Positions 1 to 16,573 of a DNA stretch of 51,483 nucleotides are shown here, piece after piece. Every line of letters begins with the position of its first letter. Position 1 is the stretch's first letter. The notes under the pieces are model-generated. The model saw only the letters and a list, made by a program, of their open reading frames with translations, had not been told where the DNA came from and ran no database searches. Location: NCBI GenBank assembly GCA_000388065.2, contig KB932206.1. One strand, written 5' to 3'. The stretch is from Fonticula alba ATCC 38817 (Eukaryota; Protista; Nucleariida). The position numbers and the translations under genes are program-made.

Positions 1-1449
1 CTCGTGCTCGGTCGAGAGGAAGCCAAACTCGGGCGCGTGTCAGTGTGGGCGGGTCCGCGTGTGGGCATCTGGCGCTCTCGATGCACCCCCCGCGGGCGGA
101 TGGCCACCAAGAGAGGGGGGGGGGGGGGAGAGGGGACGCATGTGGCTACGCACCTGGAGGCCTGGGGATTGGCGGGCCCGGTGGCGTCGAAAGCCACGCG
201 CAGCAGGCCCAGCACCGTGGTCATGACGGCGTCGCGGGCATTGGCCTGGCCGAGCTGGCGATTGGGGCCGGTCAGGAGGACGCTCCCGCGTGCCGGCGCC
301 ATGGCCTTGGTCGGGGCATTCCGGGACACGACATCCGACGATAGCATGGAGATGAGCAGCGGGAAAATCTGTACTCCCCCTCTCCCGCCGATGTGGAGAT
401 GTGTGTGTCAGTGGAGAAGGGGAAGCAGGGGGAGGCGGATAGGATGGGGGAGAGGGATGGGGAGACTGGCACAAGGCAATGCAGGGGAATGGACCTCGTC
501 GAAGCGCTCCGAGGCGGCCTGAGGGTAGCGATTGAGCCAGACATCCAGCAGAAGCAGGGCATCCAGGCGAATGTAGTCATTGACATGCGTCAGGGAGGCC
601 GAGAGGAAGGCATGCATGCGCTCGAAGAAGGGCGACATCGAGTGGGCCGAGATGGCCGCAAACAGGACATCCAGCAGGGCAACCAGGTTTCGCCGGACAC
701 CACGCGACTCATCCAGCACCAGGGGGAAGAGGCTGTCCAGCAGCGGGCCCAGGTGCGCCTGCACCCGGTCTGGGTACATTTGTTGCAGGTCGAGGATGCC
801 GACAAGGGCCTCTGCAAGTGGCAAGGGCGGTGCGCCAGGGGGAGCCGGCGAGGCGCGGCCGGGGAGAGCGAGTGGTCAGAGCATGGCATGAGGCGAGGCT
901 GCGCCTTGGTGGGCCGGATTGTGGATGTACCCTTGCGAACCAAGTGGCTATAGTGCTTGAGCTGCTGAAGTAGATCCGTCAAGGTGAGGTTCTTTTCGGT
1001 GACCACATCACCCTTCACCTGGCCAATCCCCTGGGTCGACAGGACCAGAGCTGCGACACGCAGGGCCAAGTGTGCCGATCAGTGTGTCAAGTGGTGCATG
1101 TGCATGTGCATGTGCATGTGCATGTGCATGTGTGTGTGTGAGCATTGACAGGCAGGGGAGCGGGGCAACGGCGGCGATGGCGGCGATGGCGAACCCTTGG
1201 ACTTGAAGTTGACGTCGGTCGCATTGTTGGGAGCGGCCTTCTTCTTGCCGACGCGAAGTTTGGCTTTCTGCCGGCCGGCGATGGGTAGAAGATGGGTGAG
1301 CAAGCGAAAAGAAACAAACGAACAAACCAACGACAGCGACGATGGGCGGGCGATCAAGCGGCCAGGACAAGCAGAAGGACCGGCAAAGAGGACCAACCTA
1401 CCTGGAAGTCCTTCTTCTTAAGGTCTTTGGCCCTCTGTGACTTGGCCAT
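1..1449 (-). CDS. IPI1: IPI1/TEX10 (Rix1 complex, pre-60S processing), multi-exon, 3' end probably beyond the left edge
   Basis: ATG at 1449; exon 1402-1449 MAKSQRAKDLKKKDFQ splices (GT..AG) to KAKLRVGKKKAAPNNATDVNFKSK, then LTLTDLLQQLKHYS and HVNDYIRLDALLLLDVWL, matching the Ipi1/TEX10 N-terminus as I recall it. 3'-most exons uncertain. Confidence 0.8.
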
Positions 1450-2378
1450 TGCGGGTGTGTGGGGCTTCCAATGCGGAGGGGAGAGGCAGTACAGAGGACG
1501 GGCGAGAGGGCTTGCTGAGGAGAGGCGCAGGAGTGGGGAGGCAAGAGAGGGAGAGGGAGCTAGAGGGCGGTGAGAGGGGGATGGAGGATGGCGCCGCCGG
1601 CAGCCCGGTGCCTAGATGCCTCGATTCGAGCCATGTGCCGGCGAGGAGGAGGGCAACAGGCTGTCCCTGGGGTGACACCGGCCCCCCCCGCCCCCGCCGG
1701 TCCTGGCCTGGTGCACGTCCAGTGGTGAGTGTGGCCCTGGGTGGCCCGGCGCTTGCTCCGGGGGCGAGATCGCCGAATCGGCGGCGCCGGGGCCGGGCGG
1801 GCGCGTGGCCGGTCCCAGCGCACGGTCGAGCACACGGAGAGTTGGCATTCTGTCCTCCGGGCGTGATCAACGGCACGCGATCGCGCGCGCGTGACGAGCA
1901 ATCGCTCTCGCTCGCTCCCCAAAATCCCGCTTGACCCTTCTGCGACCGGTATGTGAATTTTGCCTTGCCCCCCCCCCCCCGCCCGCCCGCCCGTCCGTCC
2001 GTGCTTGTTGTCGGCCTCCGCGGCGCCTGGCGGGAGTCCCCGCGCGCCCGCGCCCGCGCCCGCCCGCGCGCATCGGCTGGGTTGTGTGGACACATCGAGG
2101 GGCTGTGGCCCCTTTGCCGCGGAACGGACACGGGCGGGCGCGCCGGTGTCGGGCATGCATCTGTGCCGGGGGGGGGGGTGGGGGGGTGGGGTCGCCTGGA
2201 CGGGGAAGCCCAAAGCAACCGCACCATTCCCTACCGCCCCTGGGCTCATCTCATCGGGGCCGGGGGGGGGGGGGGGGATTCCCTGGCCTCCTCTCGCACC
2301 TGGCCCGGTTCCCTCGTTTCCCCCCCGGCCCCTGTGTGCGCTCGAAGGGCGGAGCACATTCTTCGACCGGGGGAGGAT

Positions 2379-2756
2379 CGGCGTACGGAGGCCGAGCCCC
2401 AGGCCAGCCAAGCGGGGGGGGGGGGGGGGGGGGGGGGGGGTTGCAATGGGCGAAATGAGTGGGGGCCGCATGTCATGGCGCCGGGTTCATGGTGTTTTCT
2501 GGGGCTAGATTGCGATGTGCCCTTCTTGGCTGGCTGCCGTGTGTCTAGATGGCCCGCCGCGCCACGGTGTGGGCATGCAGCGGGCGCGCGGGCGCTCTTC
2601 CTCCCCCCCCCCTCCCGGGCGGCGGGCCGGGCCGGGCCGGGCCGGGGGCGGGGGCGGGGCGGGGCGTGCAGGGGGTGCGGGCGTCTCCCCTTGGCGCGGG
2701 TCAGGGGCCAAATATCAGGGCCTCTGGCGCGTCCGCCGGTCTGAGCTTGTGCCCGC

Positions 2757-2790
<34 letters not shown>

Positions 2791-4559
2791 AGAAGGAAAA
2801 ACATTGAACTCGATTCGCCGCGGCCCTCCCTCCCCAGGCTGCGGTGGCCTTTGCGCCGGGCACCTGGCGGGGCCAGGAAGGGGCGGGGTGGACGACATGG
2901 GGCGCTTCCGGGCTGCCAGTGGGAGGATGGCTGGGGGAGGGGGGGGCGTCCATTTCTGGTCAAATCGGCCGCCGAACGGGGTGCGTCGCGCGCCGTCGGG
3001 CACTGGTGCCCGCCCGCCTGCCTATCCCCCCCCCCCCCCCCCGACCCCAGCCCCCGGCCTGGGAGCTATCAGTGGGAGACATGCCTGGTCGTGGCCCCAA
3101 TCCACGCGTGTTCAACACCCACCAGCGGAGGGCGCGTCTTTATGCCCAGGGGGCAGGGGGGTGTTTGGTTGTCCGGAGAGGGGGGGGGGGGGACCACTTC
3201 CCTCGTCAATCGAATTGCGGGCCGGCAGCGGGGCGGTCCCCGTGGAAGGTACGCCAGACCCCCCCCCGCCCCCGCCCCCGGTCTTTTATTTCAGGCCGCT
3301 GCCTTGGGCTGCGATGCGAAGCAGGACGACTTCACCAACACTTTCTCCCCCGCTTTCCGCTTTCCGCTCCCCCCCCTTCTCCCCCTTCGCCGCCGTCCGC
3401 CCGCTCCCCTTCCGTCACACGATTGGGCCCTTCTTTCCGTGTGGCTGCTCCGTCCGTGCCCCCTTCCCATCGCCTTCCTCGCTTGCCCCTCCCCTGCCGG
3501 GCCTCTCTGCTCCTCCCGGGCGTAGGTGGTGTAAATCCAGCCGACGGACAGCGTGCGCCTCCCGCGCCCGGTCGGTGCACGACTGCTCCGGTGACGGGAT
3601 CTGCCCCTGCTCTCGTGCCTTCCCCCCTCCCGCCCCTCCCCCCGCGCTGGATCATGGCCCCCCCCCCCCCTCCCCTGCAGCCTGTGCTGGCTGCGTTTGC
3701 TTGACATTTCGCGCCCGCGCGTGCATCACTGACACCGATGCCCTGCCACTGCCCCGCCCTGTTGTGGATCGCCGCCTCGTCCGGCGTGTTTCCCCTTCCC
3801 CCCCCCCCCCCCCGCTGTATGCCGCATGCCGGCCGCCATTTCGCAGACACCCGAAAGTCCTCCAGCCTGACCGCCTGAGAGTTTGTGTCCCTGCGCCTGT
3901 TCCGTCGTGAAGGTGCGTGCATCCTCCCCCTTGCGCGAGGCCGCGCCGGCACATGGGCCCGGGGAAATGCGGCAGGATCAGCGTAGATGGTCGCGCGGCA
4001 CCACGTCCCCTTCTGCCCTTGCATCGGCATGGCCTCAGCCCGGCATCTGTTTCGTTCCCCTTCCTGACCGCGGCTCCATCTCTGTCTGTCTGTCTCTCTC
4101 TCTCCCCCTCTCCTTCGTCTCTCCGGCTCGGCCCTGTGCGTATGTGCGTGTGTGCGGTTCCCGGTGCCTGCTCTCTCCTTTGGGCTTGCGTGTGTTTCCC
4201 TCTCTCGGGCCGGCCCTCTCTCCCCCTCCCGGGGTCGCCTCTCCGCCGGGGCCATTTAACGCAACCATATACCAACGCTTGTGCGGCACCGTAGACAGAG
4301 CCTGGAATAGCATTATGTTCAAGAGGGTACGCATGATGCACATGATTGCCGAGGAATGCCCACCCCCTCCTTCCCCCCGGGGCTTCGGCTGTTTCCTCGG
4401 CCGGGGCGCGGGGGGGAGGGGACGCTCGTTCTGCATTTTGCCTGCTTGTCCTTTTGCCGCCCCCCATGTCGCCGGCGACGCAGGCGCGTAGGGCGGCATC
4501 TTCTTTCTCCAGAGTATCCCTGTGTCTGTCTGTTTGAGTGTTTCCAGTGCGTGTGCGAG

Positions 4560-4599
<40 letters not shown>

Positions 4600-5612
4600 C
4601 TGGCTGCCCCCCCCTCCCCCCCTGCCCGTGCCGGCGCGTGCGCATGTACATCTGTCAGATGTCCGGCCTGTTGGGGTGATCAGTGGCAGACGGGTGCGGG
4701 TGCAGGGGGGGGGGGTCTACCCCGCGGAGGCGGATGTGGGGCCTACTGCCGGGGCATCCCTCCCATGTCGCCGGAGAGTGTAGGGGCGCCAATTTTGCCG
4801 CTTTCGAGGCATGACCCCCGCCCCCGGTGCCTGTGTGTTCTCCCCATCGCGCTCAGGCGTGTGTCTGTCCATCTGTCCGTCGGGCCGCGCCGGATTTTGG
4901 AAGCCAGAGCATTGGCGTTCCGAAGGGCGGGATGCATGTGTGTGTGTGTGTGGCTCTTGACTGTGGTGCATCTCCCGGGGCCGCGTGTCTCCGGTATTGG
5001 TCCGTGCTCGGGGAGGGGGGTGGGGAGGACGCCCTGCGCTGGCGAACGCAGGATGCGCTTCGCGCCCGGGGCCCGCAGGAGGCGGCAGGACATTCGTGAG
5101 CGTGCTCGCGGCGTGTTCTTGCCCTTCTCCCTGCACGCGCGTCCCCGGGAATCTTCCCCCCCTGGGGAGAGTGTACGCCACCATGCCCCGGGGACTGGAC
5201 ATGTGTGTCCGAGAGGGGGGGGGGNNNNNNNNNNCGGCGTACGGAGGCCGAGCCCCAGGCCAGCCAAGGGGGGGGGGGGGGGGGGGGGGGGAGGGGTTGC
5301 AATGGGCGAAATGAGTGGGGGCCGCATGTCATGGCGCCGGGTTCATGGTGTTTTCTGGGGCTAGATTGCGATGTGCCCTTCTTGGCTGGCTGCCGTGTGT
5401 CTAGATGGCCCGCCGCGCCACGGTGTGGGCATGCAGCGGGCGCGCGGGCGCTCTTCCTCCCCCCCCCCTCCCGGGCGGCGGGCCGGGCCGGGCCGGGCCG
5501 GGGGCGGGGGCGGGGCGGGGCGTGCAGGGGGTGCGGGCGTCTCCCCTTGGCGCGGGTCAGGGGCCAAATATCAGGGCCTCTGGCGCGTCCGCCGGTCTGA
5601 GCTTGTGCCCGC

Positions 5613-5646
<34 letters not shown>

Positions 5647-5937
5647 AGAAGGAAAAACATTGAACTCGATTCGCCGCGGCCCTCCCTCCCCAGGCTGCGG
5701 TGGCCTTTGCGCCGGGCACCTGGCGGGGCCAGGAAGGGGCGGGGTGGACGACATGGGGCGCTTCCGGGCTGCCAGTGGGAGGATGGCTGGGGGAGGGGGG
5801 GGCGTCCATTTCTGGTCAAATCGGCCGCCGAACGGGGTGCGTCGCGCGCCGTCGGGCACTGGTGCCCGCCCGCCTGCCTATCCCCCCCCCCCCCCCCCGA
5901 CCCCAGCCCCCGGCCTGGGAGCTATCAGTGGGAGACA
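2379..5937. repeat. Direct duplication 2379-3081 = 5235-5937 (probable assembly artefact)
   Basis: Copies identical except within a G-run; second copy bounded by 10-N gaps on both sides. Confidence 0.85.
4315..4326 (+). CDS. Candidate first coding exon (MFKR), possibly of the formin
   Basis: ATG TTC AAG AGG followed by donor GTACGC at 4327; phase 0, compatible with formin exon 11442 (FTATTKDRR). The link is inference. Confidence 0.3.
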
Positions 5938-6073
5938 NNNNNNNNNNCTGTCCTCCGGGGTTCTCGTGCGTGCGTGCGCACGTGCGCGCGTGTCGCTGAC
6001 ATCCACGAATTTGCAAATGCCCCTCCCCGTTGCCATCCCCCCATTCCCCCCCCCCCCCCCCCCCCCCCCCCCC

Positions 6074-6104
<31 letters not shown>

Positions 6105-6163
6105 CATTCGTCCCCGCCCCCCCTCCCCCCCCCCCCCCCCCCCCCCCCTGCCCGCCTTCCCAG

Positions 6164-8612
6164 TCGGGAGTACTGGAAGCTGCTGGACATGGTTGTCCGG
6201 CAGATCATCTTCGGCGGCAAGGGCATCGACCCCACCTTCTCGGAGAAGTACCAGATCGACATCAACACCATCATCAGCGAGTTCGCCGACAAGTCCAAGC
6301 TCCAACACCTGGAGCATGCTCACGAGCAGCTGATCAAGGAGAAGGAGAAGCTGGACTCCTCGTGGGCCGACACCTTCGACAGCATGCAGACCGAGAACAA
6401 GAAGAAGATCGCCGATCTGGAGGCCACCATCGGGGCCAAGGAGGCCGAGCTGCTGACCGCCGTGGCCGCCGCCGCCGAGAGTGCCCCCTTGAAGGTGGCC
6501 ATCGAGGCGCTGAAGGCCGACAAGCATGACGAAGCGACCAAGGCCCTGGAAAGCGCCGGCCTGAGCCTGGACCTCATCAAGAAGGTGGTCCCGGCTGGGA
6601 CGGGGCCCGCTGGGCCGGGTGGGGCGCCGCCGCCGCCGGCCCCTGGTGGTGGTGGCCCGCCGCCGCCGCCGCCGCCGGGCCCGCCGCCTGGCATGGGTGG
6701 CCCGCCGCCGCCGCCGCCGCCGGGCCCGCCGCCGGGGATGGGCGGTCCGCCGCCGCCGCCGCCTCCGCCGCCGCCGCCCGGCATGGGTGGCCCGCCGCCG
6801 CCTCCGCCGCCGCCGCCGGGGATGGGTGGTCCGCCGCCGCCTCCGCCGCCGCCGGGGATGGGTGGCCCGCCGCCGCCGCCGGGGATGGGCCCGCCGGGGC
6901 CGCCTCCGCCGCCGGGGTTCGGTGGCCCGCCCCCTCCGCCGGGGTTCGGTCCGGCGCGGCCGGCCGGGCCGAAGATCGCCCCGAAGGGCAAGATGCGCCA
7001 GTTCCACTGGGACAAGCTGCCGGATCGCCTGATCAAGAACACCTTCTGGAGCGATCGCGCCATCGATTACGACCGGTACATCAAGCTCTTCAACTTCTCC
7101 GAGTTTGAGGACACCTTCACCGCCAAGCAGGCGGCTCCGCTCAAGGAGGCGGCCGACAAGCCGAAGAAGGAGGAGAAGATCTCGGTGCTTGATTCCAAGC
7201 GGTCGTACAACTGCTGTGCGTTTTTGGTGGTGGCATTCCTCCTGCGGGGGTGGGTGGGTGGGTTTTTTTTTTTTTCGCTCTTTTTGTTTCCCGCCATCGG
7301 AGGGGGGGGGGGGGCGCATGCGAAGCCTCTGGGCCGGCTGGGTTTCCCTCGCCAACAGCGGCTCCCTGCGTGCGTGTCATCTGACCGTCGTTGCCGATGT
7401 GTGCGACCTTGCACGGCCGGTCCCACGCGCCCAGCCATTATGCTTGGTAACATCAAGATGCCCTTCGAGAAGATCAAGCTGGCCGTCCTGTCGGCCGACG
7501 ACGAGACCCTCAGCGACAACCACTATGTGCAGCTGCTGAACTACGTGCCGAATGACGAGGAGTCCAAGGCGCTGGAGCCGTTCGCCGAAGACCCGTCCAA
7601 GCTGGACAGCGCGGATCTCTTCTTCCTGACCATGCTGACGGTGCCGCGGTATGAGCAGCGCCTGAAGTTGCTGCTCTTCCGGCGCACCTTCCCGGACAAG
7701 TCGAAGGAGATCCGGCAGAACCTGGACGCCATCATGGCCGCCTGCCGGACGCTCAAGGCGTCGAAGCACTTTGGCACGCTGCTGGAGCTGATCCTTGTGT
7801 TCGGGAACTTCATGAACACCGGCACGGCCAAGGGCAATGCCAAGGGCTTCCGGCTGTCGTCCATGCACAAGCTGGTGGACACCAAGTCGGCCAACAACCA
7901 GCAGACCCTGATGCAGTACATCATCACCCTGCTGGAGCAGCATATGCCGGAGTTGCTGACCATCACGGAGGACCTGCAGGCTTGCGAGGCTCCGACCCGC
8001 ATCACGTACAGCTCGCTGCAGGCGGACATCGCCGAGGTGCGGCTGGGTCTGCGGCTGCTGGAGAACCAGCTGAAGATTGTCACCGACAAGGGCGAGGACA
8101 AGAACCCGCCGGAGAATGACCGCTTCTACGAGGTGTTCTTCCCCTTCTCGCAGGAGGCCGGCAAGGACTTCGAGGACATCACCAAGCGCCAGGAGCGCCT
8201 GGACTCCTTCTACAAGGAGATCCTGGCCATGTATGGCGAGGACCCGGCCATGCAGCCGGAGGAGTTCTTCGCCCAGTTCAACACCTTCCTGCAGCTGTTC
8301 AACCAGGCTCGCGAGGAGAACAAGATCCGGGCGGCTCGCGCGGCCCAGGCCGAGCGCGTGGCCGCCGCCCAGAAGGAGAAGGAGCTCAAGCGCGCCGAGG
8401 AGGAGGCCAAGCGCAAGGTCATCACCGATCTGAGCGAGGCCCAGGAGGACGACAAGCACCTGCTGGATGGGATTCTCGAGTCGCTGGCCAGTGGCGATGC
8501 CTTTGGCGCCAAGTCCCGCCGGCGCCGGAACAAGGACGCCGAGCAGGCCCCGGAGCTGGGGGCCGGGGCCGACGTTGACGCCATGCTGGAGAACCTCAAC
8601 CTGGACTTCTAG
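6164..8612 (+). CDS. Diaphanous-related formin, C-terminal part (end of FH3/coiled coil, FH1, FH2, DAD); exons 6164-7215 and 7435-8612
   Basis: REYWKLLDMVVRQI; poly-Pro FH1; FH2 motifs KMRQFHWDKL, LLELILVFGNFMN, NAKGFRLSSMHKLVDTKS, PEEFFAQFNTFL; DAD-like LLDGILESLASGDAF plus basic SRRRRNK; stop TAG 8610-8612. Confidence 0.93.
6618..6950 (+). repeat. FH1 coding repeat, (GPPPPPPPGMG)-like units, CCG-rich
   Basis: About 11 consecutive polyproline tracts separated by GMG/GFG linkers. Confidence 0.9.
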
Positions 8613-9677
8613 TTTCCCGCCTCCAGGTCCGGGGTGTAGTGCCTCTGTCTCCCGCCTTTGTGTGTCTGTCTGGCCGTGTGTGTGCGTGTGTGTGTGTCTG
8701 TCTCCCTCTCCGGGTGGGGAGGGGCGGCGGCCCGTGCGTGCATATGGCAGCTGCGTTTTGCGGCCTCGGTTGCCGAGGGGGGGGGCTGGCTGTGCCACCT
8801 CCTCTCAAGGCGGCAGTGAGGGCGAGGGTGCCTGTCTGCACACATACACACACATACACATGCACACTCTTTCTCTCTTATGCTCCGCACCCTCGCTCTC
8901 CTCTGCTCTCCCCCCCCTCCCCCACCCTCCACGCATGCACACCCCCGTGCGCGTGGTTGTGCGTGTGTTTCCCGGCACCTGTTGGGACTCTCGCCGCACA
9001 CGCCCGGGAGGCCGCGCGTGCAAGGTGCGGCGCGGCGGGGGAGCGGGAGGAGGGCGCGGCGCCAACCCGGGCAGGGGCACCTGCTCGTCCGCTCTCTCTG
9101 TCCCCGTCTTTTCCAATATACACTTTCCCTGTGCACACGCGCGTGCGCGCCCGCGCCGCTCTCTGTGGCGTCTGTTCGGGGGGGGGGGGGGGACAGTGTG
9201 CCGCGCACACGGTGGGCGTGTGTGCGGTGCGGAAGAATGAAAACCCCGGCTGGGGGTGGGCGCGAGCGAGCCAGGCCGGGGCGGAGCCATTCCCCGGGGC
9301 CCGGGGGCGGGGGCACGGAGAAGAGGGGGCACATTCCGCCGGACGAGGGGTGCGCCCAGTCCGTTGGCCGTGCTCCAGGCAGGAATGCGCCGGATGCGGG
9401 GCCTCGCCAGGGGCGCNNNNNNNNNNGTGGACAAGCTCCTGGAGGAGGTGTTTGTACGTGCTTCGCGCTGCCTTGCCATTCCCCGCGCCCCTCCCTGTTC
9501 CTTTGTCTCTCTCTCTCTCTCTCCCTCCCGGCCTGCCCCACCGCCTCTGACTTCGGCTATCTCTCGCGCCTTGTGTCGATCTCCCCCCCCCCCCCTGCGC
9601 CGGCCCCCCCCTCTGCCCCCCCTCTTCCTCCCTGTGTCCCTCCCCCCCCCCCCCCCCTGCGCCGGCCCCCGTTGCAG

Positions 9678-10203
9678 GACGCCCTCGCTTTCGAGGAGAC
9701 CCAGCGCGCGGCCATCCGCGCCCAGGGGACCATCGTCAAGTGGCAGGTCATCCAGAATGCCGAGGGCCAGCTGACCAACGACCCGGGCTCCTTCATTGAC
9801 AAGCTGGAGCGCCGGCGGTACATGACCATGTCGAGCAAGCAGCTGAGCGAGTTCCTGCACAGCCTGCGTGTGTCGCTGCAGAGTAACTCCATGCGCTGGC
9901 TCAAGCAGTTCATCGATGATGGCGGTCTGCATGCGATCCTGGTGTTCATCCAGGACTTCGATTGGCAGCAGATCCGCAAGCCGTCCGAGCGCGAGCTGGA
10001 GGTGTCGCACGAGATCGTGCGCTACCTGCGTCAGCTGCTCAGCACCAAGCACGGTCTGCGGGCGGTCTTCAAGTCGCCCACGGCCCTGAACATCATCGCG
10101 CTGATTCTCTCCTCGCCGTACCCGAGTGATCGGCGCATTGTGCTGGAGATTTTCTCGGTGATCTCCGTTGTCGGCGAGGACGGCCACAAGGCCGTGCTCA
10201 ATG
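9678..10203 (+). CDS. Formin GBD/FH3 exon (displaced downstream of FH2 in this assembly)
   Basis: AG|DALAFEETQRAAIRAQ...FLHSLRVSLQSNSMRWLKQFIDDGGLHAIL...VLEIFSVIS|GT, typical Drf GBD/FH3 motif; segment bounded by 10-N gaps. Confidence 0.88.
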
Positions 10204-10918
10204 GTGGGTTTCCTCTTGTCGCTCTTTTTCTCCCCCNNNNNNNNNNGGGACATGCCGACCAGCGCGCCAACCGATATTTCCTCTGTTCATTCCACAATCA
10301 GTGAATGCCTTTTGCCTGGGGTTCTAGACAACATTCCTCTGTTCTGAAATGTGTCTAGCTGGCCGGCCTCCGCATTGTCCTTTGCTTTCATTTATTTTCC
10401 TACACCGGGGAGGGCCCCCCTGTGTGCGGCGCTCTTTTTTATTTCCTCCCGGGCGTGTATGCCCGGGCCGTCTGGCTTGCGCGCGTCCTCCTTCTTCTTC
10501 CCCTTCTTCTCCTTCTTGGAGTTTCTCTCTCTCTCTCTCTCTCTCCCTTGTTCTCGCTCGGCGATGCGCTCCGCAGGCCCCCTGCCGGGGGCATATGCGC
10601 GCGTGGGTGCGGACCTGTGTGACAGTGTTTCCGTGTTCCTCTCTTCTCTTTTTTTCCCCCGCTCGCGACGCGTTTTTATGGCTTTCTTCCCCCCCCCCCC
10701 AGTGTCGGGAGTGCGTGTGAGTGTTTGTGGCCAGGCTGGTCCCCCCCGCCCCGGCCGCGCCCACTCCATTCTGAAGATCTGCCTGCCATCCGATCTGTGT
10801 CTCCCCATTCAGATGAGGGCTCCCCCTCGCCCGCTGTGCGGCTCCCTGCCCGGGGGCCGGTCATCAGTTGGTCTTCCTCCGAGTCAGCCGTCACCTGGCC
10901 GTGTGGGTGCTGGTGTAT

Positions 10919-10974
10919 GTGTCCGTGTGTCCGTGTGTCCGTGTGTCCGTGTGTCCGTGTGTCCGTGTGTCCGT
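10919..10974. repeat. (GTGTCCGT)7 octamer tandem repeat
   Basis: Direct reading. Confidence 0.9.
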
Positions 10975-11441
10975 GTGTGTGCGCCCGCGCGCCCAGAGTC
11001 CCGGGGTGGCTGTATATCCCCCCTGCCTCTGTCGCGCCCCCTCCCTTCTGCGCGGGCTCCCGTGGGGACGGCTCGCTGGGATCTCCCATTCTCGCGGCTC
11101 GCGCACCCGATAGTCCTGCTTCCCTTTTTCAGACGCATCCCTCCTTCCCCTTCGCCACTGTGCACCACCTGTTTTTTCTCCCTCCCTTTCCCCTCTCCTC
11201 CTCTCCCCTTCGCTTTTGTCTTCAGTGTTATCGTCCTCTCTCCCCTTGTTTTACCCCTCGCGCGGTTCCGCGTAAGCCCCACCCCCCTGCCTCGTTCTTT
11301 TTCTGCCCCTTTTCCCCCCGCCCGTCCGACTTTCCCCACCTGGGCCCCGGGTGGTGCTCCCACGGAAACTGACCTTCCCCTCCGGCATCATCCTCTCGTG
11401 CGCCCCCCTCCCCTCCCCTCCCCTCCCCTCCTCTGTCGCAG

Positions 11442-12197
11442 TTCACGGCCACCACAAAGGACCGGCGTCTCTCCTCGGACGAGTCCGCCTCCGACCCCTC
11501 GCTCCCGAACGCCACCGGCTCGACTCCCGTGAAGAGCCCATCGTCAGGAAACCTCCTGGACCTTGTGGACCCGGCCTCCGCCTCGTCCTCCGAGCAGCTG
11601 CATCAGTCGTCGTCGGTCCCGGTGTCGCGCCGCTTTCCGCAGGCAGCCGCTTCCGACGCCAACAAGGACGACAGTCGGCCGCCGCCACTTTCGTTCATTG
11701 CTTCCAAGCGCCCGGGCTCGGCAGCATCCAGCCCCGTGGTTGAGACCCCCCCGCCCGCGCAGGACTTGACCTCCGCCGGCACGGCTCCCCTCGGCGAGGC
11801 CACCCCTTCCACCGGTAGCCCGGTCCCGGCCCCGGCCAAGTCCGTTCCCCCGTCCAGTGGCAACAGTCCCTCCGCGGCTGCTGCCCTTGCTGCCGAGGCC
11901 ATGACTCGCACTCCGCCAGCTGCCAGCCAGCCGGCCACCTCTGGGGCGAGCGCCGCCCCGCGCACGCGCCTCAGCGCCGCCGATGCGCTGGGTCTCAATG
12001 ACCCCAGCCAGAATGCCCCCCCTTCTGGTGCTCTTTCCGGCGCCTCTTCCGCCAAGTCCTCCACCAGCCTGCTGGGCGGGCTGATTGGCGGGGGCGGCGC
12101 GGCCACCGATGACAAGCGTCAAAAGCCCAAGCCCATCAAGATCCCCAAGAGCCGTCCGGATGACGCGCAGGTGGACAAGCTCCTGGAGGAGGTGTTT
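11442..12197 (+). CDS. Formin N-terminal Ser/Pro/Ala-rich exon leading into the GBD
   Basis: Open exon FTATTKDRR...PDDAQVDKLLEEVF|GTACGT; its end (12171-12265) is identical to 9427-9521, which leads directly into the GBD exon in phase 0. Confidence 0.8.
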
Positions 12198-12276
12198 GTA
12201 CGTGCTTCGCGCTGCCTTGCCATTCCCCGCGCCCCTCCCTGTTCCTTTGTCTCTCTCTCTCTCTCNNNNNNNNNNC

Positions 12277-16573
<4,297 letters not shown>

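Noticed and set aside
2379-5937. 700-bp repeat as a possible LTR or direct-repeat element
   Set aside because: No TG..CA ends, target-site duplication or internal transposon ORF; second copy is bounded by 10-N gaps.
7377-8798. Long antisense ORFs over formin, AspRS and MFS (also 5925-7355, 17693-19327, 27322-27825)
   Set aside because: Expected when third positions are G/C-rich (few antisense stops); no independent motifs.
10324-10358. Small hairpin CTAGAC-A-ACATT...AATGT-GTCTAG in an AT-rich patch
   Set aside because: 11 bp with a bulge, single occurrence, no recognisable family; compatible with chance.
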